Positions 1-8,500 are shown, counted from the first letter of the stretch. The stretch is 32,000 nucleotides of DNA from Candidatus Syntropharchaeum caldarium (GCA_001766815.1 LYOS01000004.1:103610-135609); one strand, 5' to 3'. Translations and numbers: made by a program. The notes: generated by a model from the letters alone, not told the origin.

Positions 1-561
1 TATGCCTTTCTTCTGGAATAACGAGGTATCAAGATAATTGCGCCCCGCAGCTCCAGAGAGATATGTATCCCCCCCTAATGCCTCAACCATCTCTACCAGC
101 CGCTCAGTGGATCTGGATGTAAAGCCTAACTCGCTGGAAAGTCCTATTTCTGTCTTTATATCAAATGCTTTTTTCAGAAAGTTTATCAGTTCCATGTTCA
201 GCTCAACCAGTTTATCATATCTTTTCTCATAAATCTTCTTCAGTTCGTCTGCATACTCGCTGTAATAAGCCGCACCCTTGTAATTGTCCTCGATATCTTT
301 GAAATGTGCATCCGCCCATCCCAATCCTTTCCATGTGCTCACTTCGTTTTTTATCCTTATCTCGTTTATCGGTAGATGTTTCTTCTCAACCGGTACTGTG
401 AGCCATTTCCAGCCATTATGTATTCTGATTCTATTGCGATGCTGGAAATCACTTTTGTTGAACTGTGCGTCATCGTAGATCACGAATAGATCTGATTTTT
501 TCATCTTGTCAAAGAATCCCAGATATGGGAGGTAATTGGGCTGGTGGATTGCGATGATCAT
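1..561 (-). CDS. WbqC-like family protein (N-terminal 187 codons; 3' end lies beyond the left window edge)
   Basis: Reverse-strand frame open from ATG at 561 to position 1. It is absent from the ORF track because no stop falls inside the window. Translation MIIAIHQPNYLPYLGFFDKMKKSDLFVIYDDAQFNKSDFQHRNRIRIHNGWKWLTVPV...LSGAAGRNYLD matches the WbqC-like N-terminal pattern (HQPNYLPxxGFF, DDxQF, RNRI, WLTVP) as I remember it. Confidence 0.75.
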   Translation of the reverse strand, partial: MIIAIHQPNYLPYLGFFDKMKKSDLFVIYDDAQFNKSDFQHRNRIRIHNGWKWLTVPVEKKHLPINEIRIKNEVSTWKGLGWADAHFKDIEDNYKGAAYYSEYADELKKIYEKRYDKLVELNMELINFLKKAFDIKTEIGLSSELGFTSRSTERLVEMVEALGGDTYLSGAAGRNYLDTSLFQKKGI

Positions 562-902
562 TTACATATTACCCATTTTGTAGCTCTTGTGAGGATGTTC
601 CGCAATTGCTTTTGGCACTAAAAAATTCGATTCTTTTTGGTTTTGAAGCCCTATTTGCATTTCTTTTCTTCCATTTTTGAATTGTTGGACAGCCTCTTGT
701 ATTTGTGAAAACTCTGTGTATAATCATCTATAAATTCCGTCATAAACTCTGTAACATCTATTTTTTTCATTAAGCAATTTCTCTTTTTTACTCTTCTAGA
801 CGTGTTTTTTTTTTGGATAAAAATACGAGTGCTTTATTTATGCCCTTACCTGACTCATCATAAATAAAAATTAGACCATACCTTTCTTCCAGAACAATAA
901 AA

Positions 903-1538
903 TTACCCATTTAACTCACCCTTTAACTCATTAATACAATGGATATCGCTACCCCTGACTAATCTAACATTATATCTTCTCGCTACACTTATCCAATTTT
1001 CTGAAGGAACACTATATTTTCCATTTATCTCGAGCAAAACCTCTTGTTTCCACATCGACTTAAAAATTTTAATTAACTCCTTTTCAGACAATTCTAAACC
1101 GTGTTTAGTTAAAAATGCCCCTGGGTGTGCCCAAGCATTAACATATCTATTTCTCAAAACACTATTTAGACTTTCTATATACATATCAATATCTTCAGGA
1201 AAAGAATGAAAGGCGAATATCGAATAATCAACTTCTTTTAAAATCCACTCTTCAACATCGAACCCCCCGTTCGGTAAAACTTTTGCTTCACATCCAGATA
1301 ATATTATTAGATTGAACTCTTCTCTTGCTTTTTCAATATCGTCTAAAAATTGATTGAAATCGTAATACACGTGATTCGTATTTTTTCTAACGTGCTCTGT
1401 AAAGGCAACTAAAGGGATTTTCAATTCTATAGCTTTTTTACAATATTCGGATACACTATTTTTGCCATCTGTATAGTTTGTGTGGATATGCCATTCTCCT
1501 TTCAATAGATAGTTGGTATACTTCTTCCAGATTTTCAT
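903..1538 (-). CDS. PHP-domain metal-dependent phosphoesterase (histidinol-phosphatase-like)
   Basis: 211-aa ORF. PHP ligand pattern is visible: WHIHTNYTDG (HxH), FTEH, SGCE, FAFH, AHPG, RGSDIH. Its ATG overlaps the stop of the upstream ATP-grasp gene (ATGA, 1535-1538). Confidence 0.8.
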   Translation of the reverse strand: MKIWKKYTNYLLKGEWHIHTNYTDGKNSVSEYCKKAIELKIPLVAFTEHVRKNTNHVYYDFNQFLDDIEKAREEFNLIILSGCEAKVLPNGGFDVEEWILKEVDYSIFAFHSFPEDIDMYIESLNSVLRNRYVNAWAHPGAFLTKHGLELSEKELIKIFKSMWKQEVLLEINGKYSVPSENWISVARRYNVRLVRGSDIHCINELKGELNG

Positions 1539-2590
1539 AATCTCCCCAAAATCGTTGCTTCATTCACTCTGATACCCCCCCAATACCTCATTATTCTTGT
1601 TCCCCACACAATATCAAACTCAGGAACTTCTTCCCCTAATGCATATTTAACCGCTCCATAAATGATGTTTGCTCCTGCAAATGTCGCCAAAACCATAGTC
1701 CCCTGGATTCTTGGATTCGATTCTAAAAGTTTTGGTACATTATTTTCGTCTAATTTAAATTGGAAACCGTAAGCATATCTTAAGTCTAGTGCTTCACTTA
1801 ATCTTTCAGAATATTCAATTATCTCTTCATTTTTCTCGACAGTTCCGTTAAAAGTTATCCCATACTTTATTAAATCTCTTTTTCTTGGAATTACTGTAAG
1901 AGACTCGGTGTTTAACACATCGACAGTATATTCCTTATTGGGTAAATATTCCATAACTAATAAGCGAGGGAATGAAGGTCCCAAAATCTCTTTTAAATTA
2001 TCCATTTTTAGGTATACTCCTGTTGGTTTCTTAGAGTAGAATATATCTTTTAAATTCATTGATTCATCGATAATTCTTAGCCCTCTCATGCCATTTGATA
2101 CAGGGGGTTTAACAACAACTCGTTTTTTAGGCCACCCCAATTCATTAGCATATTCAAGTAAATCATTAAAATTATCTGCTAAATAAAACTTAGGCGTTGG
2201 AACATCTATTTTATTTGCCGTTTTCATAAGTTTGTATTTGTTGTTTGCTATTTCTATACTATTTCTATCCGATATAGTAATTTCAGTTCCGATATTTCCA
2301 AAATCTTTTTTGTGTTCTGCTAATGCAGGTAGTTCCGCTGTATTTTGCGGTAAAAGTACATCAACGCTTTCTTTTTCACAGATATTTAACAATTGTGAGA
2401 GATACTCATTATTAGAGGGTTTTGGAATCTGGTAAAATTTGTCACATAAATATTTCCCGATAGCATCTTCTTTCATATCCGTTCCTACTGTCTTTATTTT
2501 TCTATTATCAAAGTTTTTTTCGAGTGAATATAAGGTTCCTTTTATTCCGGGAGCTCCTACCCCTGTTATTAGAACAGTTATACCATCCAT
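1535..2590 (-). CDS. ATP-grasp domain ligase (carboxylate-amine ligase type)
   Basis: 351-aa ORF. It has an N-terminal Rossmann-like pre-ATP-grasp segment (VLITGVGAPGIKG), VVVKPPVSNGMRG, and the C-terminal ESNPRIQGT (E-x-N-P-R) motif typical of ATP-grasp enzymes. It overlaps the upstream PIG-L gene by 13 nt. Confidence 0.8.
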   Translation of the reverse strand: MDGITVLITGVGAPGIKGTLYSLEKNFDNRKIKTVGTDMKEDAIGKYLCDKFYQIPKPSNNEYLSQLLNICEKESVDVLLPQNTAELPALAEHKKDFGNIGTEITISDRNSIEIANNKYKLMKTANKIDVPTPKFYLADNFNDLLEYANELGWPKKRVVVKPPVSNGMRGLRIIDESMNLKDIFYSKKPTGVYLKMDNLKEILGPSFPRLLVMEYLPNKEYTVDVLNTESLTVIPRKRDLIKYGITFNGTVEKNEEIIEYSERLSEALDLRYAYGFQFKLDENNVPKLLESNPRIQGTMVLATFAGANIIYGAVKYALGEEVPEFDIVWGTRIMRYWGGIRVNEATILGRL

Positions 2591-3207
2591 CGTATCACCT
2601 CAAAAGCCTCAGCACATTCTGAATTGCACTGAATTCCTCTTGTTTTCGCTAATCCTTGAATAAACTCTTCTGAGAAGTATGCTTTTTCTTTTGCCAATTG
2701 TGATTTATAATTTTTTAACATCTCACATTTTTTAATTATATGTTCTTTTTTTAATTTCACAAATAATTGTGTGTTAAAAGTTACATGGTTCCAAGGCAAT
2801 TCATAACAAATTATGCTTGACATCGTTTTAAATGCTCTTATCATTTCATTTGCAACTACTTGATGGTCTTGATGGAAATCATTTAGAGATGGACCGAAAA
2901 CCACCTTAGGTTTAAATTCTTCTCGTATACGTATCAAGTTCTCTAAAATTTCTTGTCTATGATCATCCAAATATCTTACTTTGAAGTTATATATCCTGTA
3001 ATTTTTTTCTTTCAAACCAAGACTTTCTACAACTCTCAAGAATTCTTTCTTTAAAGTATCCTTTGGTAAATTTTTTGGTAAGGACTCCTCAGCAGCAGAG
3101 AACACAATCCATAATATTTTATGCCTTTCTTCGATAAATTTAATTATGCTGCCCCCACAGCCTAACTCTGCATCATCTGTATGGGGGGAAAGGATCAATA
3201 TTTTCAT
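2578..3207 (-). CDS. PIG-L / LmbE family N-acetylglucosaminyl deacetylase
   Basis: 209-aa ORF. N-terminus MKILILSPHTDDAELGCGG (PHxDD zinc-site motif) and later FHQDHQ (HxxH) are the PIG-L family signature. ATGA overlap with DUF354 gene at 3204-3207. Confidence 0.85.
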   Translation of the reverse strand: MKILILSPHTDDAELGCGGSIIKFIEERHKILWIVFSAAEESLPKNLPKDTLKKEFLRVVESLGLKEKNYRIYNFKVRYLDDHRQEILENLIRIREEFKPKVVFGPSLNDFHQDHQVVANEMIRAFKTMSSIICYELPWNHVTFNTQLFVKLKKEHIIKKCEMLKNYKSQLAKEKAYFSEEFIQGLAKTRGIQCNSECAEAFEVIRWMV

Positions 3208-4289
3208 AAAGACCGCCTCAATCTGAATCTATCTTGATAATTTGGATTCTTTTTCATTATTTTTAAACTTTCTGGATAAATTTCCATAAATTTAATCATA
3301 AATGCTGTTACATCAATTTTATCTTTAAGTAACTTCTCTCTTTTTCTTTTTCCTTCCTTTTTTATATTATTTTTTTGGAGGATCTCTACAACTTTACCAA
3401 TTGCTCCATTCTCAGCATCGGAAATCCACATTAAGTCGTATTTGTTTAAGTCATAAAATATTCCACAATATTTAGCCGTTGTGGATATATGGATTGCGTG
3501 TGTTCCCAATACTGCACTCTCGGTCGCCATTGTTCCACCCTCTCCAATATACAAACTCGCATAATACAACAAATCATGTAGCTTCTCTGGCGAGATTTTG
3601 ATCTTGTACTTCTCCAGTTTCGTATTCAACACCCCTTCTGAAGTAATAAGCACCCGCCCGTATTTATCCAGTTTCCGCACCAATTCCATCTTGTTTTTGA
3701 TGCCGTGTTGGCATATATCATGCGTTGCCCCCCACGAAACAAAACGCAGGATAATGAAGTTATCATCCCTTCTCAACCCCAGATCATCCAAAACAGATGG
3801 ATCGGGTTTAAAATAATTTGGATGTAAATATGCGAGTTCGTAATAACCATTAAAACGAACATGTTTCTTTCCAAAATCTCTCATGTAACAATCAGGGGTT
3901 ACCACAGCATCAGTGAACGGCAAACAAATTTTCTGGGCTACTGTAGCATGTTCTGTATCCTCAAATATAATAAAAGGTTTATTTAAAACAGCACTAACAT
4001 GCGCTAAATGTGGCAACGCACGACCAACAAAAATATCTGGCTTAAATTCTTTGGCAATCCTGTAAGTACGATATTCCCATCCCAGGAGTGCGATTCCTTT
4101 CCTGTAAAGTCCTTGCTGGTTCACCCCGATCAAGGTATAGGGCATGTTAAATCGTTCAAGCAAGTATTCTGTAATCTCTTTCTCCACCGCAACTATTTTA
4201 ACCTCATGTCCTTCATTCATTAAGTTATCAACTGTATTCTTGAAGAGAAGGACGTGTTTTGGGTGGTTAACACCGACTAATATTTTCAT
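3204..4289 (-). CDS. DUF354 family protein (GT-B-fold, putative glycosyltransferase or 2-epimerase-like)
   Basis: 361-aa ORF. MKILVGVNHPKHVLLFKNTVDNLMNEGHEV at the N-terminus and GEGGTMATESAVLGTHAI near the C-terminus resemble DUF354 / MurG-epimerase-like GT-B proteins. Assignment is from memory of the family. Confidence 0.65.
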   Translation of the reverse strand: MKILVGVNHPKHVLLFKNTVDNLMNEGHEVKIVAVEKEITEYLLERFNMPYTLIGVNQQGLYRKGIALLGWEYRTYRIAKEFKPDIFVGRALPHLAHVSAVLNKPFIIFEDTEHATVAQKICLPFTDAVVTPDCYMRDFGKKHVRFNGYYELAYLHPNYFKPDPSVLDDLGLRRDDNFIILRFVSWGATHDICQHGIKNKMELVRKLDKYGRVLITSEGVLNTKLEKYKIKISPEKLHDLLYYASLYIGEGGTMATESAVLGTHAIHISTTAKYCGIFYDLNKYDLMWISDAENGAIGKVVEILQKNNIKKEGKRKREKLLKDKIDVTAFMIKFMEIYPESLKIMKKNPNYQDRFRLRRSL

Positions 4290-4305
4290 TTTTGTTTTAC
4301 CTCAC

Positions 4306-5466
4306 TTAAAGAAGTTTTTCGATACATGCCAGTTGATAGTTTGCGATCTCTTCCCAATCGTATTTTGATAACACTTCTTTTGCATCTTCTACTACTTTCC
4401 TGTGTTCTTCTTCATTTTCAAGAATATCAAGGACCTTCTCAGCCATATTTTCAGAGTTGCCTGTTTCAGCGGTAATGATGTATTCATTAAATATCTCCTG
4501 ATAAATCGGTAGGTCGTATCCTACTACTGGTAATCCACATGCCAGCGCCTCAAGAATTACTACTGGCTGTGCCTCCTGATAACTCGGATAGACGAATACT
4601 CTCGATTCTTTCATCAATCTGTATTTTTCTTCACCTTCTTTCCAGCCTTCAATTTTTATATTCTCGCTTAGCCCCTTTTCTTTTATCTTTTTCTCCAATT
4701 CGCCTCTTTCCGGACCGTCTCCTATTATACAAAGTTTCATAGAGGGTTCTCTCTCCACAACAAAACCCCAAATATCTACAAGGTCATAGATACCTTTATT
4801 CCAAACTAACCGTCCAAGAAATACGCCTTCATATTTTTTGATTTTAACATCAACGTTCTCAATTTCGTTACAGGGGATGCCATTATTTACCACAACTACC
4901 TTTTCCAATGGAAAACCTGTTTCAATAAAATAATCCCTTGTAGCTTCGTTCACCACAAAAATCAGGTCAAAAGATCTGGCTAAGAAGACGCATAGCTTCC
5001 AATTCATTATAGAAATTGTTCTGCGTAAAAAATTCATCTTTTTAAGAACTTCGAACCTCGCCGATGGTGGTACAACATGAAAATATACCACTCTTTTTGC
5101 CTTTCCCTTCATAAACATACAGGGTATCATGTTCTGTGGTAGATAATTTGGAGCGGTGACGACATCATACTTCTCTTTAAGTTTTCGGAGTTCCATGATG
5201 CTTTTTATCGTTCTGAAAAGATAATTTAAATACCTGTTCTTACTCTCATCAAAAGGTGCTGTGTATAAAATCACTTCTTTATTGAGATTTGGATCCTTTT
5301 GAATATGCGATTCTGCCACTTTATACCCGGCCTTTGAGATGAAAAAATGCACTTTATTCGAGGTTGACCAGTAATTCGCAACTTCAACGATATGCCGACT
5401 ACCGCCCCCAATGACACCTACGAGTGAATTAAAAATTACTAAAATCTTCAGTTTCTTCTCTGACAT
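4306..5466 (-). CDS. Glycosyltransferase family 4 (GT-B, retaining)
   Basis: 386-aa ORF. C-terminal half has the GT4 pattern: FLGRLVWNKGIYDLV, IIGDGPERGELE, VFVYPSYQEAQPVVILEALACGLPVVGYD (E-x7-E). Confidence 0.85.
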   Translation of the reverse strand: MSEKKLKILVIFNSLVGVIGGGSRHIVEVANYWSTSNKVHFFISKAGYKVAESHIQKDPNLNKEVILYTAPFDESKNRYLNYLFRTIKSIMELRKLKEKYDVVTAPNYLPQNMIPCMFMKGKAKRVVYFHVVPPSARFEVLKKMNFLRRTISIMNWKLCVFLARSFDLIFVVNEATRDYFIETGFPLEKVVVVNNGIPCNEIENVDVKIKKYEGVFLGRLVWNKGIYDLVDIWGFVVEREPSMKLCIIGDGPERGELEKKIKEKGLSENIKIEGWKEGEEKYRLMKESRVFVYPSYQEAQPVVILEALACGLPVVGYDLPIYQEIFNEYIITAETGNSENMAEKVLDILENEEEHRKVVEDAKEVLSKYDWEEIANYQLACIEKLL

Positions 5467-5476
5467 ATATTTATCA

Positions 5477-6640
5477 CTAAGCTCCCTGATTTCTTCTCAA
5501 TAGTTCCTTCATATTTGTATAAGCAAAGAACATCATTGGTAATGGATCTTTACAGGATATGATATCGTCAGACATTATTCCATCAAAATTTAAAAAATCC
5601 TTAAGGATTTGTACACGATTATTTGAATGCCTGAGATGGCTAAAGAGTGCTCGTAGATCGTTCATCAAAAACCTTGTTCTGACCCCTAATTTATAGTTAA
5701 GAACGGGTGTTATATCTCCTTCTGTAGCCATCTTATATAGAAGATATGGAAAATCAACCCCTGCTGTGATCGCTTGATTTATCGAACCCCAGAATCTCGG
5801 GTTTACCTCTATCAAAACTGGTTTATTAGTCCGTTTATCCAGCTTGAACTCGACCATCGCGACACCATGCCAGTCTATGTATTCCAACAATTTGATTGCG
5901 ATTTCCTCCATCTCCGGATGCCTCACGCTTTCTCTGAATGTGCTTGGACCCCCTGTGATAGGATATTCCCTCAAACGCTTGTGGGTGAACAAAGCTCTAA
6001 GATCGCCCTGATTGAACAAGACTGATACGCCATATCCATCACCCGGAATAAATTCTTGAATAAGAGGATAACATGAAGGATCGAGATTATAGTCCAGGAT
6101 AGACTGTTTATAGTTGTAGATGAATTCATCCTTTGAATTTACATACTGGATACCCATGCTGCTTGTAGCATCTTTTAACTTGAGTACAGCAGGATATTCA
6201 ATCATCTCTGCAATATTTCTAATTTCTCTAACATCTTTGACAGTACAGGTTTTAGGTGTGGGTAAGCCAAGTTCTGTTGCGATCTTCACCAGCTGATCTT
6301 TGTTATGCAGTTGTAGCATTTTAGGGTGGTCTGCAAATGGTATTTTTGTGTATAACTCAAGTTTGTTCTTGTGCATAGCTATTAGAAGTGTTTCAGTGCT
6401 ATTTATTGGCATCAGAACTTCGATTTTTCTCTTTTTAACTTCTTTTTCTATTACGTTCTTAAATTCAAGAGGTGATTTTGTGGGAGAAGGACATACAAAG
6501 TGACTTTTGGAGTATTTTGAGAAAAAAGCAGCAGAAAATTGTTCGCAGTCAGTGGTTGTAACTTCGATATCTCTTCTACCCAGACTTCTGGTAATAACCA
6601 GAGCCTTTGCACCACTTGCACTTGTAACTAGTACACTCAT
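5477..6640 (-). CDS. ATP-grasp domain ligase (second, divergent copy)
   Basis: 387-aa ORF. VLVTSASGAKALVITRSLG pre-ATP-grasp, YPAVLKLKDATSSMG, GVAMVEFK, and LIEVNPRFWGS (E-x-N-P-R). ATGA overlap with upstream PHP gene at 6637-6640. Confidence 0.8.
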   Translation of the reverse strand: MSVLVTSASGAKALVITRSLGRRDIEVTTTDCEQFSAAFFSKYSKSHFVCPSPTKSPLEFKNVIEKEVKKRKIEVLMPINSTETLLIAMHKNKLELYTKIPFADHPKMLQLHNKDQLVKIATELGLPTPKTCTVKDVREIRNIAEMIEYPAVLKLKDATSSMGIQYVNSKDEFIYNYKQSILDYNLDPSCYPLIQEFIPGDGYGVSVLFNQGDLRALFTHKRLREYPITGGPSTFRESVRHPEMEEIAIKLLEYIDWHGVAMVEFKLDKRTNKPVLIEVNPRFWGSINQAITAGVDFPYLLYKMATEGDITPVLNYKLGVRTRFLMNDLRALFSHLRHSNNRVQILKDFLNFDGIMSDDIISCKDPLPMMFFAYTNMKELLRRNQGA

Positions 6641-7353
6641 TTTGACCTTTTATTTAGAACTTTATTAATGCACGACTTCACGAAACCCACTGTGCCATCT
6701 CTTTTAATCTTTCCTATGCCCACGCTCATCATTCTGAGATGATGGGGCGCCTCACTCCCTGCTATACTAACTTCACCCTTCAGCAAACACGCTTTAATGC
6801 TATCAAAGACTAAATCATTTTCCTCAATGATTGTTTGTGCTTGCCCGATCTCAAAGTAAGTATGCGCATCACTTCCAGCGATTATTGGTACCTCAAATTT
6901 TTTTGCTGATACCTGCGCTTTTTGATTAAGTTTTTTAGCAGTCCTTGCATTCAATCCCTCTACCAAATCAACCTTTTTTAACAGATCTTCCGGGTTACAC
7001 AGTCTATTTCGATAAGGGTGTGGCAGAACAGTTATTCCATCCTGATCTTTTATTTCTTCAATCACCTCAGCAAATTCACCTGATTTAATTTCTTCACTCA
7101 GGAACAAACCAATCACTTCACCCTTATCAGTTTTTATTTCAGCCCCTACAATCACCATAAAATCCCCATCAGGTACGGCCGATTTTGTTTTTATCGCTCC
7201 TTTGATGGTATTATGGTCAGTAACTGCTATGCCAGAAAGCCCTTTCTTTTTTGCTATTTTAATGATTCTTTCTGGTTTTAAGATCGAGTCCTGTGAGTAT
7301 ATACTATGTATATGGAGGTCAAAGATGCTTGGAGAATCAGTTATATCAATCAT
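6637..7353 (-). CDS. PHP-domain metal-dependent phosphoesterase (second, divergent copy)
   Basis: 238-aa ORF. FDLHIHSIYSQD (HxH), IAVTDHNT, VGAEIKT, LPHPY, AGSDAHT are PHP metal-ligand motifs. It overlaps the upstream deacetylase gene by 8 nt. Confidence 0.8.
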   Translation of the reverse strand: MIDITDSPSIFDLHIHSIYSQDSILKPERIIKIAKKKGLSGIAVTDHNTIKGAIKTKSAVPDGDFMVIVGAEIKTDKGEVIGLFLSEEIKSGEFAEVIEEIKDQDGITVLPHPYRNRLCNPEDLLKKVDLVEGLNARTAKKLNQKAQVSAKKFEVPIIAGSDAHTYFEIGQAQTIIEENDLVFDSIKACLLKGEVSIAGSEAPHHLRMMSVGIGKIKRDGTVGFVKSCINKVLNKRSK

Positions 7354-8116
7354 GAAAACTCGTTCTATACTTTACGATTCCTGCTTTACCGACGTTTTTC
7401 ACATTCTGCCATATCAGATCCTTCACCCAGCTACCAAAATTATCACTCCATCGCTCTGGGTGCGTTGAAATACATATCTGTTCTGATACCTCATTTTTTA
7501 ACAGATCGATAACATCATCTGTGGATTTAACCTGATAAATAGACTCTACACCCACAACATCTTTCACACTATACTTTGAGCTGTTCCAGGTTCTGCCAGT
7601 GTCTGTTAAATAAAGAACCTTTTCATAGTCAATTGAAAGATAAGGCTCTCCTATAATGTCAAAATCTTTGAAATTATACTTTTTCCATAAATCACGATTA
7701 TCCCATGAAGATAACGGATTTCCATGCATACATATCGTTTTAAGATCACACAGTTTTCTGAACTCTTTTAACTCGTCCTCAAAGATCTTTATCGCTTTTT
7801 TAAAATCGCCTTTCGCTCTGTCCAATACTTCATAATGGTAACCAATCTCATGTCCAGAATCATTTATAGCCCGGATAATATCTGGCTTGAAGACATCGGA
7901 TACTGTTCTGAAGTAGTAAGTAGATGATATCCCGTGATCTTTTTCGATCTCTGCCACCTTCATTGCCTGTTCAGGTTTCCTATCCACATCATGACGTAAA
8001 ATCACGCACTTCTGCTGTTGATCTTCCAGAAAGGTGCGGACACTCATTGGTATGTAATCAGAATCTACAATCGCTTTACATAACTTGTTATATTTTTCGA
8101 GCGTGAAGTCCAGCAT
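7346..8116 (-). CDS. Polysaccharide deacetylase-like (CE4-type, DVD subgroup) protein
   Basis: 256-aa ORF. ILRHDVDRKPE followed by HGISSTYYFR and SGHEIGYHYE resembles the R-x-DVD plus G-x-H-x-x-H layout of ArnD-like/CE4 deacetylases. Recognised by motif only. Confidence 0.65.
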   Translation of the reverse strand: MLDFTLEKYNKLCKAIVDSDYIPMSVRTFLEDQQQKCVILRHDVDRKPEQAMKVAEIEKDHGISSTYYFRTVSDVFKPDIIRAINDSGHEIGYHYEVLDRAKGDFKKAIKIFEDELKEFRKLCDLKTICMHGNPLSSWDNRDLWKKYNFKDFDIIGEPYLSIDYEKVLYLTDTGRTWNSSKYSVKDVVGVESIYQVKSTDDVIDLLKNEVSEQICISTHPERWSDNFGSWVKDLIWQNVKNVGKAGIVKYRTSFHD

Positions 8117-8121
8117 AAAAA

Positions 8122-8469
8122 CTATTCACTTCGTCCAAGGTAGAATATGTAGTCTGGGTCCTTCAGCCATGCCCTTAACGATGGTGCCCACTCAAAGACA
8201 CGATTCTTTTCACAGATGTCTGACATTTTTTCCGCTCGCTTCAATCCGTGCCTGAAAATCCGTGTTCCTACAGTCTCTACCAACCTATCCATAAGCACAG
8301 AAAGCTTGTTCACAACCAGATCGTTCACTATCTCACCTTGAGCACGGGCATACCACATCGAAGCTCTGTATAACGCCTTCTCCAGTCGATTGAGTTTACG
8401 CCAGTTACCGTTTCTAAACCCACGTCTGAATTTTTGGAAGATCTCCTGGTGTGTGAACTTTTTACACAT
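8122..8469 (-). CDS. Hypothetical basic, predicted alpha-helical protein (115 aa), first gene of the minus-strand operon
   Basis: Intact ATG ORF 5 nt upstream of the deacetylase gene. No family recognised. TATA-like box about 25 nt upstream of its ATG. Confidence 0.5.
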   Translation of the reverse strand: MCKKFTHQEIFQKFRRGFRNGNWRKLNRLEKALYRASMWYARAQGEIVNDLVVNKLSVLMDRLVETVGTRIFRHGLKRAEKMSDICEKNRVFEWAPSLRAWLKDPDYIFYLGRSE

Positions 8470-8488
8470 ATCACATATTTTATTTCAA

Positions 8489-8500
8489 ATATATATAAAC
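8489..8500 (-). promoter_or_regulatory. Candidate archaeal TATA box (GTTTATATATAT on minus strand) for the 8469->1 operon
   Basis: A/T box centred about 25 nt upstream of the ATG at 8469 and preceded by an A-run (BRE-like). The spacing implies a leaderless or near-leaderless transcript. Sequence pattern only. Confidence 0.35.

Noticed and set aside
5471-5479. In-frame TAG-TGA-TAA triple stop at the end of the second ATP-grasp gene, considered as a hint of amber read-through or pyrrolysine decoding
   Set aside because: It is a single instance. Other genes in the window end on a lone TAG (8122, 19796), and there are no Pyl genes or methylamine methyltransferases in the window.
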